The translations under genes were made by a program, and so were the position numbers. DNA of 64,000 nt. Source: an uncultured Bacilli bacterium. Its GTDB lineage: Bacteria; Bacillota_I; Bacilli_A; RF39; UBA660. The stretch spans positions 2,443-66,442 of the forward strand of contig CANQGB010000001.1 in assembly GCA_947600335.1 (NCBI GenBank). Direction: 5' to 3'. This document shows positions 40,162 through 49,446 of this stretch, one piece after another (the first letter of the stretch is position 1; each line of letters opens with the position of its first letter). The notes below the pieces were generated by a model. It was not told the origin of the DNA. It worked only from the letters and a program-made list of their open reading frames with translations, and did not search any database.

Positions 40162-43100
40162 ATGATACTAGAGTCTGAAACTAAATCATTAGAATATCAA
40201 AAATTGCTTAATTATCAAAAAAATCTTAATAATTTATTATTGCAAGAAAAATATATTTCCCATCACGAATATATGCCACTATATAATGATTTAAAAGAAC
40301 TTTATGCTAAATTGAATTTAATGAAAGAAGAAGATGTCTTAACCGTATGGTGTTCTAAAAATAATTTAGCGTACCCAGAATTTCTAAAATTAATTAACTT
40401 TTATGAACAAACTGCTGCCATTATTCAGAAGCACAATGAAGAATTTATTAATAATCATTTAAAAAGCGAAGAAAAGTATTTAGATCAAATATTAGCTTTA
40501 GATGATCCACAAATTAACTTAGATGAAGAACAAAGAAGAGCAATACTTGCCGATGAAGATTATACTTTAATCATTGCCGGTGCTGGAGCTGGTAAAACTA
40601 CTACGATTGAAGCTAAAGTTAAATATTTAATCGAAAAACAAAATATTGATCCCGATAAAATACTGATAGTTTCTTTTACGAAAAAAGCTACTAAAGAACT
40701 TCAAGATAGATGTCAAAAATTACAATTGCCCATTCACATATCGACCTTTCATAGCATTGCTAATACCATTATTAAAAATAATGAAAATGAAAAGCATTAT
40801 ATTGCCACCCCTGATGTAATGTTTACCACCATCAAAAATTTTTTCCTAGAAAATGCTAGTGATGAAATTTTAGTAAAAAAAATCCTATTATTTTTTGCTA
40901 GCTACTTACAAATTTCTCCCGATGAAGATAATTTAGCAGTTTTAATTCAAGAACTTGCTAAAAATGAATGTACCACTATGCGTTCTGATATTGCTCAAAC
41001 TATTGCTAACTATCAAAAACAACAAGAAAAAAAGCATCATACTATTCAAAATGAAGTTGTTAAAAGTATTGAAGAATGTCGGATTGCCAATTTTCTTTTT
41101 ATTAATGGTATCAATTATGAATACGAACCTATTTATCCCTATGGCTTTCAAGACACTTTAAAACCGTATTGTCCTGATTTTTTAATTAAACAATATGATA
41201 AAGAAATTTACTTAGAACACTTCGGAATTTCGGAAGATGGAAAAAATTCGCGTTTTACTAAAGAAGAATTAAAACTTTATAAGCAACATATCAATGATAA
41301 AATATTATTACATAGAGAACATAAAACTAACTTAATTTATACTTTTTCCAAATATAACGATGGTCGAGATACTATTACTCATTTAAAAGAAGAATTACAA
41401 AAATCGGGTATTTCTTTAGAACCAAAGAATAATAAAGAAATTTATCAATGTCTATTAAAAAATATGGAAGATAAATATTTTAATAAATTCATTCAATTAG
41501 TTTGTGTTTTTATTTCGCGTTTTAAAACCAACAATTTTACTTTATCAAAATTTGATGAATGGAAAATTTCCATATCTGATGAACGTACTAAACTATTTAT
41601 CAATATCTGCTATCAATGTTATTTAGCTTATATGACTCATCTTAAAAATGTCAATAGTATAGATTTTGAGGACATGATTAATAATGCTATCAATATTTTA
41701 GACCAAAAAATTAAAAATAATGAAAATTTACCTTACGAATATATCTTTATTGATGAATATCAAGATATTTCTTTGCAAAGATTTGACTTATGTGAAAAAT
41801 TAGCTCAGTGTTCTACCGCTAAAATTATTGCCGTAGGGGATGATTGGCAATCAATCTTTAAATTTAGTGGTGCTAAAATCGAATTATTTACGCGTTTTAA
41901 AGAAATTTTTCCGACTGCTAATATTCTAAAAATTACAAAAACCTATCGGAATAGTCAAGAATTAATTGCTATTGCTGGTAACTTTGTTATGAAAAATGAA
42001 CTTCAAATTCAAAAAGAATTAAAGTCTAACAAATCTTTAAAAGCACCCATTGTCCTTATGATATATAAAGATAGTTATAATAAAGAAGATTCCAATAAAC
42101 CAATTGATAGAATGTGTTTAGCCATTCTTAATTCGCTTGATATAATCGTAAAGAAGCATGGCGAAAACAGTAATGTTTTGTTAATCGGTAGATATGGATT
42201 TGAAGGTTTTCAGCTAACTCAACAAACTAAATATTTCACTTTTAAAAATGGCTATATTTATGCTTTAAAATACCCTAATTTAAAAATGACTTATCTAACA
42301 GCTCATTCATCTAAAGGATTAGGCTATGATAATGTTATTATTATCAATGGTAAAGATGCTATATTAGGTTTTCCTTCCAAAATAGTTGATGATCCTGTTA
42401 TGCAATTAGTTATCAAAGATACTGAAGATGTAGAATATGCTGAAGAAAGACGATTATTTTATGTTGCCTTAACTAGAACTAAAAATAGAGTATTCATAAT
42501 AACTCCTATTAACCATCCTTCGAAATTTATCTTAGAAATAAAAAATAAATATGAAAATATAATTTTGGGTGGAAATGAATTAAAACCGATTGAAAAATTA
42601 AATAATACTGTTACCTGCCCTTATTGTGGTTTTCCTTTACAAAAAAGAGAAAATAAAAACTTTAAATTAGCTCAAAGATTATGGATATGTTCTAATGACC
42701 CAGAAGTCTGTGGCTTTGTAACTAATGATTTAAGAGGGGGAAAGTTATCGATTACTAAATGTCCAAATTGTCAAGATGGATACTTAATAGTTAAAATGCG
42801 TAAAAATTCGAGTAATACCTCTACCAAAGTATTAGGTTGTACTAATTACAAAAGTGATAAAACTGGCTGTAATACTATTATGTTTCCCCAAAATTATACT
42901 CAAGACCGTGAAGAATTTTCCCTTAAATTTCAAAATCCTAAATTGGATATAACTAAAGTAACTTTTTGTGGTTATCTATTCCCCGAAATGGTGGATATTA
43001 TCTTAAAAGTTATCAAAAAACTACAAGATTCTAAAATTGATATTGACTCTAAAAGGCTTTTTTCCATGCTTTCTGGTACGGATGACCAATTATCTTTTAA

Positions 43101-43281
43101 TAAATATAATTTTAATAAAATCAAAATGCAAGATAAAAAGAAATTTTACGCCTTACTTAATTCCTTAATTGATAATCATTTTATAAATGTTGATTACCAC
43201 AATTACAGTAAGTTAAGTTTAGTAAAAGAAAGTTTAAACTTAAATGATTATGCATTAATATTTGCTGGAATAAAATTGTAA
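40162..43281 (+). CDS. UvrD/Rep-like SF1 helicase with embedded DUF559/Vsr-like nuclease motif and C-terminal topoisomerase-type zinc ribbons
   Basis: Walker A LIIAGAGAGKTTT. DEYQD box at IFIDEYQDIS. UvrD C-terminal motifs LTAHSSKGLGYD and YVALTRTKNRVFII. Insert CPDFLIKQYDKEIYLEHFG (PD..E.H). Cys4 clusters CPYCG..CSNDPEVCG and CPNCQDG..GCTNYKSDKTGCN. Confidence 0.7.
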   Translation: MILESETKSLEYQKLLNYQKNLNNLLLQEKYISHHEYMPLYNDLKELYAKLNLMKEEDVLTVWCSKNNLAYPEFLKLINFYEQTAAIIQKHNEEFINNHLKSEEKYLDQILALDDPQINLDEEQRRAILADEDYTLIIAGAGAGKTTTIEAKVKYLIEKQNIDPDKILIVSFTKKATKELQDRCQKLQLPIHISTFHSIANTIIKNNENEKHYIATPDVMFTTIKNFFLENASDEILVKKILLFFASYLQISPDEDNLAVLIQELAKNECTTMRSDIAQTIANYQKQQEKKHHTIQNEVVKSIEECRIANFLFINGINYEYEPIYPYGFQDTLKPYCPDFLIKQYDKEIYLEHFGISEDGKNSRFTKEELKLYKQHINDKILLHREHKTNLIYTFSKYNDGRDTITHLKEELQKSGISLEPKNNKEIYQCLLKNMEDKYFNKFIQLVCVFISRFKTNNFTLSKFDEWKISISDERTKLFINICYQCYLAYMTHLKNVNSIDFEDMINNAINILDQKIKNNENLPYEYIFIDEYQDISLQRFDLCEKLAQCSTAKIIAVGDDWQSIFKFSGAKIELFTRFKEIFPTANILKITKTYRNSQELIAIAGNFVMKNELQIQKELKSNKSLKAPIVLMIYKDSYNKEDSNKPIDRMCLAILNSLDIIVKKHGENSNVLLIGRYGFEGFQLTQQTKYFTFKNGYIYALKYPNLKMTYLTAHSSKGLGYDNVIIINGKDAILGFPSKIVDDPVMQLVIKDTEDVEYAEERRLFYVALTRTKNRVFIITPINHPSKFILEIKNKYENIILGGNELKPIEKLNNTVTCPYCGFPLQKRENKNFKLAQRLWICSNDPEVCGFVTNDLRGGKLSITKCPNCQDGYLIVKMRKNSSNTSTKVLGCTNYKSDKTGCNTIMFPQNYTQDREEFSLKFQNPKLDITKVTFCGYLFPEMVDIILKVIKKLQDSKIDIDSKRLFSMLSGTDDQLSFNKYNFNKIKMQDKKKFYALLNSLIDNHFINVDYHNYSKLSLVKESLNLNDYALIFAGIKL

Positions 43282-43289
43282 GAATAAAA

Positions 43290-43325
43290 AAACTAAGAAT
43301 TTAAAATAATTTTTTCTTAGTTTTT
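43290..43325. terminator. bidirectional terminator hairpin between the helicase gene and the 143-aa gene, copy 2
   Basis: AAAAAACTAAGAA-N-TTCTTAGTTTTT. Confidence 0.5.
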
Positions 43326-43330
43326 CCCAT

Positions 43331-43999
43331 ATTATTCTTCATCATCATGATGAGTATCATCTACTACTTTTTCTGCTTCAGCCCCAGTTACCTGAAACGG
43401 TAAAGTATTTAAGATCAATTCTGGTTCTTGTTTACTCGGTTCATTGTCTAAAACTAAATCAGTGATTTTAAAAGTAGTTGATTTAGTTTCTTGTAAAGCT
43501 TTAAAAGTAAAACCGATCTTTTTAGAACCTTGACCACCATTAATTTTACCTTCATAGATAATTTCACCAGGAGTAGAATTATCAACTTTGTTAGTTTTAA
43601 GTAAGCTTACAACTGAACCTTCAAGATACTCAAATATTTCCTCATTAAAACTTAATTTAAATGAGGCACTACTGATTGGCTTATCAAGCACAAGTGATAC
43701 TTGATTAGTATCAAGCACTCTGATTAATGTAGATTGAGAAGTTAATTTTGCATTTACATTCATAATATTCCATGTCCTTTCTAATATAATTTTACTATAA
43801 TAATCAGCTTAATTAAAAATTTTTAATTAAAGTTAACATTATAGTTGACAAAATATCCTTGAGAAACCCCTAAAAATAAGGAAAAAAAGAGTAAATAATG
43901 CCCTAAATAATGTAAAAAGTGCAAAAAATGTAAAAAAATTTCAAAATATTCAAAATATCTGTTATAATATAAAAGAAATATTTAAGAAACGAAAGGAGA
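43331..43999. repeat. direct repeat copy 2
   Basis: About 95% identical to 22810-23476. Confidence 0.85.
43332..43763 (-). CDS. hypothetical 143-aa protein, copy 2 of the duplicated paralog
   Basis: About 92% aa identity to the gene at 22809-23240. Confidence 0.5.
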   Translation of the reverse strand: MNVNAKLTSQSTLIRVLDTNQVSLVLDKPISSASFKLSFNEEIFEYLEGSVVSLLKTNKVDNSTPGEIIYEGKINGGQGSKKIGFTFKALQETKSTTFKITDLVLDNEPSKQEPELILNTLPFQVTGAEAEKVVDDTHHDDEE

Positions 44000-44026
44000 C
44001 TTGCTAACCATTGTCAAGTCTTTTTT
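43998..44026 (+). terminator. terminator hairpin immediately after the repeat-borne promoter
   Basis: GACTTG-CTAACCATTGT-CAAGTC followed by T6. Confidence 0.5.
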
Positions 44027-44211
44027 ATATACGCAATTGGTTTATTTAACTGAAATTTTAATTCCACGTCAAAAAGAATAGAGTGATTTCTCTAAAAAGT
44101 CTCGGGTTGATTTGTTAAAATCTCACGGAATGATTTTTCAAAATTACACGGTTTTTACTTGACATTTCTTTAGAACATAATATAAACTTATAATAAGTGA
44201 GGGATAAAACT

Positions 44212-45489
44212 ATGGAAATACAAAATTATCGAAAAAGAATTGTTGATGCTAAAATTGAAGAATACCTCAAAATGTTTGGGGCGGTTTGTATTGAAGGACC
44301 TAAATATTGTGGCAAAACTTGGGCTGGTAGATTTCACGCTAATAGTGAAACATTACTTCATAACAATACCGGTGAGGGTTCTAATAATATCGAAATTGCC
44401 AAAATATCTCCTAATATCATTTTAGAAGGAGCTAAGCCTAAATTAATTGATGAATGGCAAGAAGCGACTAATCTTTGGGATGAAATAAGAAACAATATTG
44501 ATAAAAGTGGTTTAAAAGGCCAATATATTTTAACCGGTTCATCAACTCCCAAAAGGGATGGAATCTCTCATAGTGGTGCCGGTCGCTTTGGTAAAATTCA
44601 TTTACGGCCCATGTCATTATACGAATCTGGTGATTCCACAGGAGTTGTTTCATTGCAAGATATATGTAACAACCAAGAAATCGCTAAATCAACGGGTGAA
44701 GTGGACTTAAAAGAATTAGCTCGCCTAATTATTCGTGGTGGTTGGCCTGGAAACTTAGAATTTTCTTCATCAGAAGCTAAAAAAGCCTTAAATGAATATA
44801 TTGACTTAATAATTAACGATGATTTATATCGCTTAGATGGCATCAACCGCGATAAACATAAAATGAAATTACTTTTAAAATCTTTAGCCCGCAACGAAAG
44901 CACAACTGTTACCAATACTACTTTAAAGCGAGATATTAATGAAAAAGACAATGAGGATATTGATATTGATACCTTAGCATCCTACTTAAATGCTCTTGAC
45001 AAGTTATTTTTACTAGACAATGATGAACCTTTTTCGACTAATATTCGTTCTTCCATCCGAGTTAAACAATCTGAAAAGCGCCATTTTGCCGACCCATCAA
45101 TTGCTTGTGCCTTATTAAACTTATCTGAAGAAAAATTGATCAACGATTTAGAAACCTTTGGCTTTTTATTCGAAGCTATGGTGGAAAGAGACTTAAAAAT
45201 ATACGCTGATTCTTTTGATGCTAAAACCTATCATTATCAAGATTACTTAAATAGAGAAATAGACCAAGTAATTGAACTGGAAGATGGAACTTGGTGTGCC
45301 TTTGAAATCAAATTAGGTGTCAATGCCATTGACCAAGCCGCCAGTAATCTTATCAAAATTCGTGATTCCATTAAAGAAAACAATGGCAATTATCCTAAAG
45401 TATTATGTGTCATCTGTGGTTTAGCCAATGCTGCTTATAAAAGAGCTGATGGAGTTTATGTTGTACCTATTACCGCTTTAAAAAATTAA
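44212..45489 (+). CDS. AAA_14/DUF4143-family ATPase
   Basis: Walker A GPKYCGKTW, DEWQ Walker B-like box, C-terminal DUF4143-type region. RBS GAGGGA. Confidence 0.55.
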   Translation: MEIQNYRKRIVDAKIEEYLKMFGAVCIEGPKYCGKTWAGRFHANSETLLHNNTGEGSNNIEIAKISPNIILEGAKPKLIDEWQEATNLWDEIRNNIDKSGLKGQYILTGSSTPKRDGISHSGAGRFGKIHLRPMSLYESGDSTGVVSLQDICNNQEIAKSTGEVDLKELARLIIRGGWPGNLEFSSSEAKKALNEYIDLIINDDLYRLDGINRDKHKMKLLLKSLARNESTTVTNTTLKRDINEKDNEDIDIDTLASYLNALDKLFLLDNDEPFSTNIRSSIRVKQSEKRHFADPSIACALLNLSEEKLINDLETFGFLFEAMVERDLKIYADSFDAKTYHYQDYLNREIDQVIELEDGTWCAFEIKLGVNAIDQAASNLIKIRDSIKENNGNYPKVLCVICGLANAAYKRADGVYVVPITALKN

Positions 45490-46697
45490 TCTTCATTATC
45501 GCTATCATTTTTATATAACTCTTTAACTCTTGCATAATAAATTCGCAAAAATTTATTTAAACCAGCTACTTTGGCTACTTTTTTAGGTTTACCTTCGGCT
45601 TCCTTTTTTAAAATAAATAAGTAAACACTATTATCTTTTTGTGGTCTTGAAGACTTAATACTTTTCATAACTTCATAGCCAACTTTTCTTAAATATTTAT
45701 TACCTCTTTTGGTAATATGCCTATTCGTAGCATTAAACATACCTGATTGATATGGTGGGGTATCAATACCACAATAAGCAATTAAACAATTAGCATTCTT
45801 AAATCTTCTAATATCCCCGATTTCCGCTATTAATCTAGCTCGCGTTTTTTCACCAACACCAGTCATATTCTTAACAATTTCATATTCATCTAACTGTTTT
45901 GCTAATTCATCCATTCTCGAAATTAAATCATTAGTTATCTTGATAGAATCTCGTAAAAGAATAATACAACTAGTAATAGTTAATTGTAAAGATTCATTGT
46001 AGGGAATAGATGTCGTAACTGTCGGGGCCATTTCATAAATTTGTTCTCCAATAATTCTGCCTACTTTATGTTTATATTTTTGCGCTAAATTTTCTATATT
46101 ATCAATAAAAACCGTTTTGTCTTGTTCCAATACCTTTGTTGGATAAGAATAAATTTCATATATATCTAGTAGTAATTGATATCTGCTTTCCGCATTGACA
46201 ATCTCCTTTATTCCTGGAAAAGTTTGGTCAATTAAATTAGTTAATTGAACCTTTAACTTAGTTTGAATACTTATATATTCTGAATATTGTCTTGATAAAA
46301 AAAGAAGTTGTTCTCTTATTTCATTAGACAATTGATATTTTTTTAGTTTATACCATTTTTCACTGCAATAAACAGCTAATTTTAAAGAATCTTTTTTATC
46401 GTTTTTTACTTTTCTTAAATCTACATCACAATATTTTTTGATTACTAAGGCATTTTCAACACAAACAAAGTAATCATTTTGTAGTAAAAAATTTAAAATA
46501 GATAAATGGTAATGACCTGTTGCCTCCATTAAAATTTTTGTTTCACTTTTGTTTAATTTTTCGAGTTTTAACAGTAAATCGTTAAAACCATTTTGGTCAT
46601 GAATAATTTCAAAAGGTTCATAAATAATTTCACCATGGATATTAATAACTGCAATTGTACTTTTGCCTTTTGAAACATCAATTCCTACTGCATACAT
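45486..46697 (-). CDS. IS110 family transposase
   Basis: N-terminal MYAVGIDVSKGKS..IAVI (DEDD RuvC-like region). C-terminal transposase_20 region with ARLIAEIGDIRRF and AYCGIDTPPYQSG. Confidence 0.85.
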   Translation of the reverse strand: MYAVGIDVSKGKSTIAVINIHGEIIYEPFEIIHDQNGFNDLLLKLEKLNKSETKILMEATGHYHLSILNFLLQNDYFVCVENALVIKKYCDVDLRKVKNDKKDSLKLAVYCSEKWYKLKKYQLSNEIREQLLFLSRQYSEYISIQTKLKVQLTNLIDQTFPGIKEIVNAESRYQLLLDIYEIYSYPTKVLEQDKTVFIDNIENLAQKYKHKVGRIIGEQIYEMAPTVTTSIPYNESLQLTITSCIILLRDSIKITNDLISRMDELAKQLDEYEIVKNMTGVGEKTRARLIAEIGDIRRFKNANCLIAYCGIDTPPYQSGMFNATNRHITKRGNKYLRKVGYEVMKSIKSSRPQKDNSVYLFILKKEAEGKPKKVAKVAGLNKFLRIYYARVKELYKNDSDNED

Positions 46698-47088
46698 ATT
46701 AAAAAAACCTCCTAATTATTATAATTGGTTCCATCCTTCTACATACCTTCTGCCTGGTACACGAACGCATTCGTTCATCTTGCTAATCGAAAGTATTATG
46801 TATTAGATGGTCGACTTTCCTCCTTTTTTCGAACGAATTTAGTTCAGATAGTAAACGTCGACCAATTACGATTATTGATAATAATAAAAATTGGGAAAAT
46901 AATCAACATTTTCTGTATATATAAATATATAAAAGTAACGGTTATCGACCAATTTACACATAATTATCATAAAAAGTGGTCGATAACTTGCTCTTTTATA
47001 AAAAATAATAAGTTTATTATAAATAAAAAAATATATAGGACATTAAATTAACGACACGTCGTTAATATTATAAAATAATTTAATCAAA
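45486..47088 (-). mobile_element. IS110-family insertion sequence (approximate bounds)
   Basis: Transposase gene plus about 390 bp of 5' non-coding region with subterminal TCGACCAATT and GGTCGA repeats. No terminal inverted repeats, as is typical for IS110. The right bound is set by the start of the conserved leader repeat at 47090. Confidence 0.55.
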
Positions 47089-47089
47089 G

Positions 47090-47343
47090 ATAAATTTACT
47101 TTAAAAAAAGTAGATTTTTTTTATGTGAAAAAATAACTCTCATCTTCAGCCTGGTTAATTACACGAAAGTACACAAGGTATTTCAACTTGCTTAAACGAA
47201 AACAGTTAATAAGGAAAAACAACAATCCTCCTTTACGAAAGATAAAACTATTCAGATAGTGAGCGTTGGTTTTTCCTAAATAACAATAATAAGAGTTTGT
47301 AGTAATAATCGATTAATTACTACATCTAAATGGTACCAGGATA
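47090..47343 (+). repeat. conserved roughly 255 bp non-coding leader, copy 1
   Basis: Over 95% identical to 60063-60317. GC-richer than its surroundings. Confidence 0.8.
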
Positions 47344-48393
47344 GTGATGAAAAACATTGAAATAAAAAACAAAACGCTATTAATAACTGGAGTTGCAGGT
47401 TTTATCGGGTCAAATCTATGCCAAAGATTATTAGAAGAAGAACCAAGTGTAAAAATAATTGGAATAGATAATATGAATGATTATTATGATGTCAAATTAA
47501 AAGAATACCGATTAAATCAAATTAATAAATATTCCAATTTTAAGTTCATAAAAGGCAATATTGCTAATAAAGAATTAATAAGAGACATATTTAAAGAATA
47601 TAAACCAGCAATAGTAGTAAATTTAGCTGCTCAAGCAGGAGTAAGATATAGCATTACCAATCCTGATACATACATAGAATCAAATATAATAGGCTTTTAT
47701 AATATTCTGGAAGAATGCCGACATAATCCTGTAGAGCATTTAGTGTATGCTTCATCATCATCCGTATATGGTTCAAACAAAAAAGTCCCATATTCAACAG
47801 AAGATAAGGTAGATAATCCAGTAAGTTTATATGCAGCAACTAAAAAGTCAAATGAATTATTAGCTCATGCATATTCAAAATTATATGATATACCAACAAC
47901 AGGATTAAGATTCTTTACAGTATATGGTCCTGCCGGAAGACCAGATATGGCATATTTTAGTTTTACAAACAAACTGATTTCTGACGAAAAAATACAGATA
48001 TTCAATTATGGAAAATGTAAAAGAGATTTTACATATATAGATGACATAGTAGAAGGAATAATTCGGGTAATAAAAGGAGCACCAGATAAAAAACAAGGAA
48101 AAGATGGATTGCCTATTCCTCCATATGCCATATATAACATCGGCAATAGTAATCCTGAAAATTTATTAGATTTCGTTCAAATATTGCAAGAAGAATTAGT
48201 AAGAGCTGATGTCCTACCAGAAGATTATAATTTTGAAACCAATAAAGAATTAGTACCAATGCAACCTGGTGATGTACCAATTACTTATGCCGATACAACA
48301 CCACTAGAAAGAGATTATGGATTCAGACCAAGTACTCCTTTAAGAGAAGGCTTAAGAAAATTTGCAGAATGGTATAAGGAATATTACAAGTAA
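47344..48393 (+). CDS. NAD-dependent epimerase/dehydratase (UDP-glucuronate 4-epimerase-like)
   Basis: LLITGVAGFIGSN Rossmann motif, YASSSSVYG, YAATK catalytic motif. Confidence 0.75.
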   Translation: MMKNIEIKNKTLLITGVAGFIGSNLCQRLLEEEPSVKIIGIDNMNDYYDVKLKEYRLNQINKYSNFKFIKGNIANKELIRDIFKEYKPAIVVNLAAQAGVRYSITNPDTYIESNIIGFYNILEECRHNPVEHLVYASSSSVYGSNKKVPYSTEDKVDNPVSLYAATKKSNELLAHAYSKLYDIPTTGLRFFTVYGPAGRPDMAYFSFTNKLISDEKIQIFNYGKCKRDFTYIDDIVEGIIRVIKGAPDKKQGKDGLPIPPYAIYNIGNSNPENLLDFVQILQEELVRADVLPEDYNFETNKELVPMQPGDVPITYADTTPLERDYGFRPSTPLREGLRKFAEWYKEYYK

Positions 48394-48405
48394 GAAGGAA
48401 TTACA

Positions 48406-48870
48406 GTGAAAAATAAAAATAATAAACCCAAATTATGTCTAGTATCTAGTAGTGGTGGGCACTGGGAACAATTACAAAAATTGCAACCATTAATAGATAA
48501 ATATTCTGGATTCAAAGTTACAGAAAAAACCAACTTTGAAGCAAATGCTAATTATTTTATGATACAAACTGATATGAAAGATAAATTAATGCCTTTAAAA
48601 ATGTTGTGGAACAGTTTTTATACGTTAATTATATGGATAAAAGAAAGACCAGATTTTATTATTACCACTGGCACAATGGTTGCTTATCCATTTTATTTGT
48701 TATCTATAATATTTAGGAAAAAATTTATTTTTATTGAAACATTTGGTAGAGCAAATATGCCAACAATAGCTGGTAAAAAAATGGAAAAACATAGTGATTT
48801 ATTTATAGTCCAATGGGAAAGTCAAAAAAAATATTATAAAAAGGCTATATATGGAGGTTGTTTATATTGA
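48406..48870 (+). CDS. Alg14-like glycosyltransferase accessory subunit (Cps14F/PssD-like)
   Basis: KLCLVSSSGGHWEQL N-terminus. About 150 aa with transmembrane segments. Paired with the Alg13-like gene. Confidence 0.65.
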   Translation: MKNKNNKPKLCLVSSSGGHWEQLQKLQPLIDKYSGFKVTEKTNFEANANYFMIQTDMKDKLMPLKMLWNSFYTLIIWIKERPDFIITTGTMVAYPFYLLSIIFRKKFIFIETFGRANMPTIAGKKMEKHSDLFIVQWESQKKYYKKAIYGGCLY

Positions 48871-49364
48871 TATTTGTAACAGTTGGTTCAAGGAACTATC
48901 CATTTGATAGATTATTTAAAAAATTAGATGAATTATATGAAAATAAAAAAATTAAAGAAAAAATGTTTGCTCAAATAGGGACATCATCATATAAGCCTAA
49001 ATATTTTGAATATAAAGATTTTATTTCTCCTGAAGAATTTCAAAAAAAAATAAATGAAGCAGATATTGTAATAACCCATGGTGCAAGTGGTTCAATTATG
49101 AAAGCATTAAATGCTAACAAAAAAGTAATAGTAGTTACAAGATTAGAAAAATATGGTGAACATATAAACGACCACCAAATTCAGAATAATGAAGCATTTG
49201 CGGAAAATCATTATGTATTAATGGCTGATTTAGAACTTGAAAATTTAGAAGAGTGTCTAAAAAAAATAAAAGTGAAAAATAATGGGCTTGTAAAATGGGA
49301 TAACAAAGACCCAATGGCTATAGTTAATATGATAGATAAATTTATACAAGATAATTGGAAATAG
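48858..49364 (+). CDS. Alg13-like glycosyltransferase catalytic subunit (Cps14G/PssE-like, GT28 C-terminal domain)
   Basis: IFVTVGS..F.RL start, ITHGASGSIMKAL. Confidence 0.65.
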   Translation: MFILIFVTVGSRNYPFDRLFKKLDELYENKKIKEKMFAQIGTSSYKPKYFEYKDFISPEEFQKKINEADIVITHGASGSIMKALNANKKVIVVTRLEKYGEHINDHQIQNNEAFAENHYVLMADLELENLEECLKKIKVKNNGLVKWDNKDPMAIVNMIDKFIQDNWK

Positions 49365-49446
49365 TTAATTTTAAATAAATTTAAAATTTTGCTATTATTG
49401 AGAAATCAATTTTTTTAAAGATTAATAAGATAGGAGTCTAATTATA

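Noticed and set aside
22810-43999. The 670 bp direct repeats as an assembly artefact
   Set aside because: The two copies differ at many scattered positions (about 5% of nucleotides, several amino acids in the 143-aa gene) and have different flanking sequence. That is typical of genuine paralogous repeats rather than a collapsed or duplicated contig end. It remains worth confirming with long reads.
46725-47051. 108-aa ORF inside the IS110 5' region
   Set aside because: No RBS and low-complexity translation. The interval is better explained as the non-coding 5' end and promoter region of the IS110 element with its subterminal repeats.
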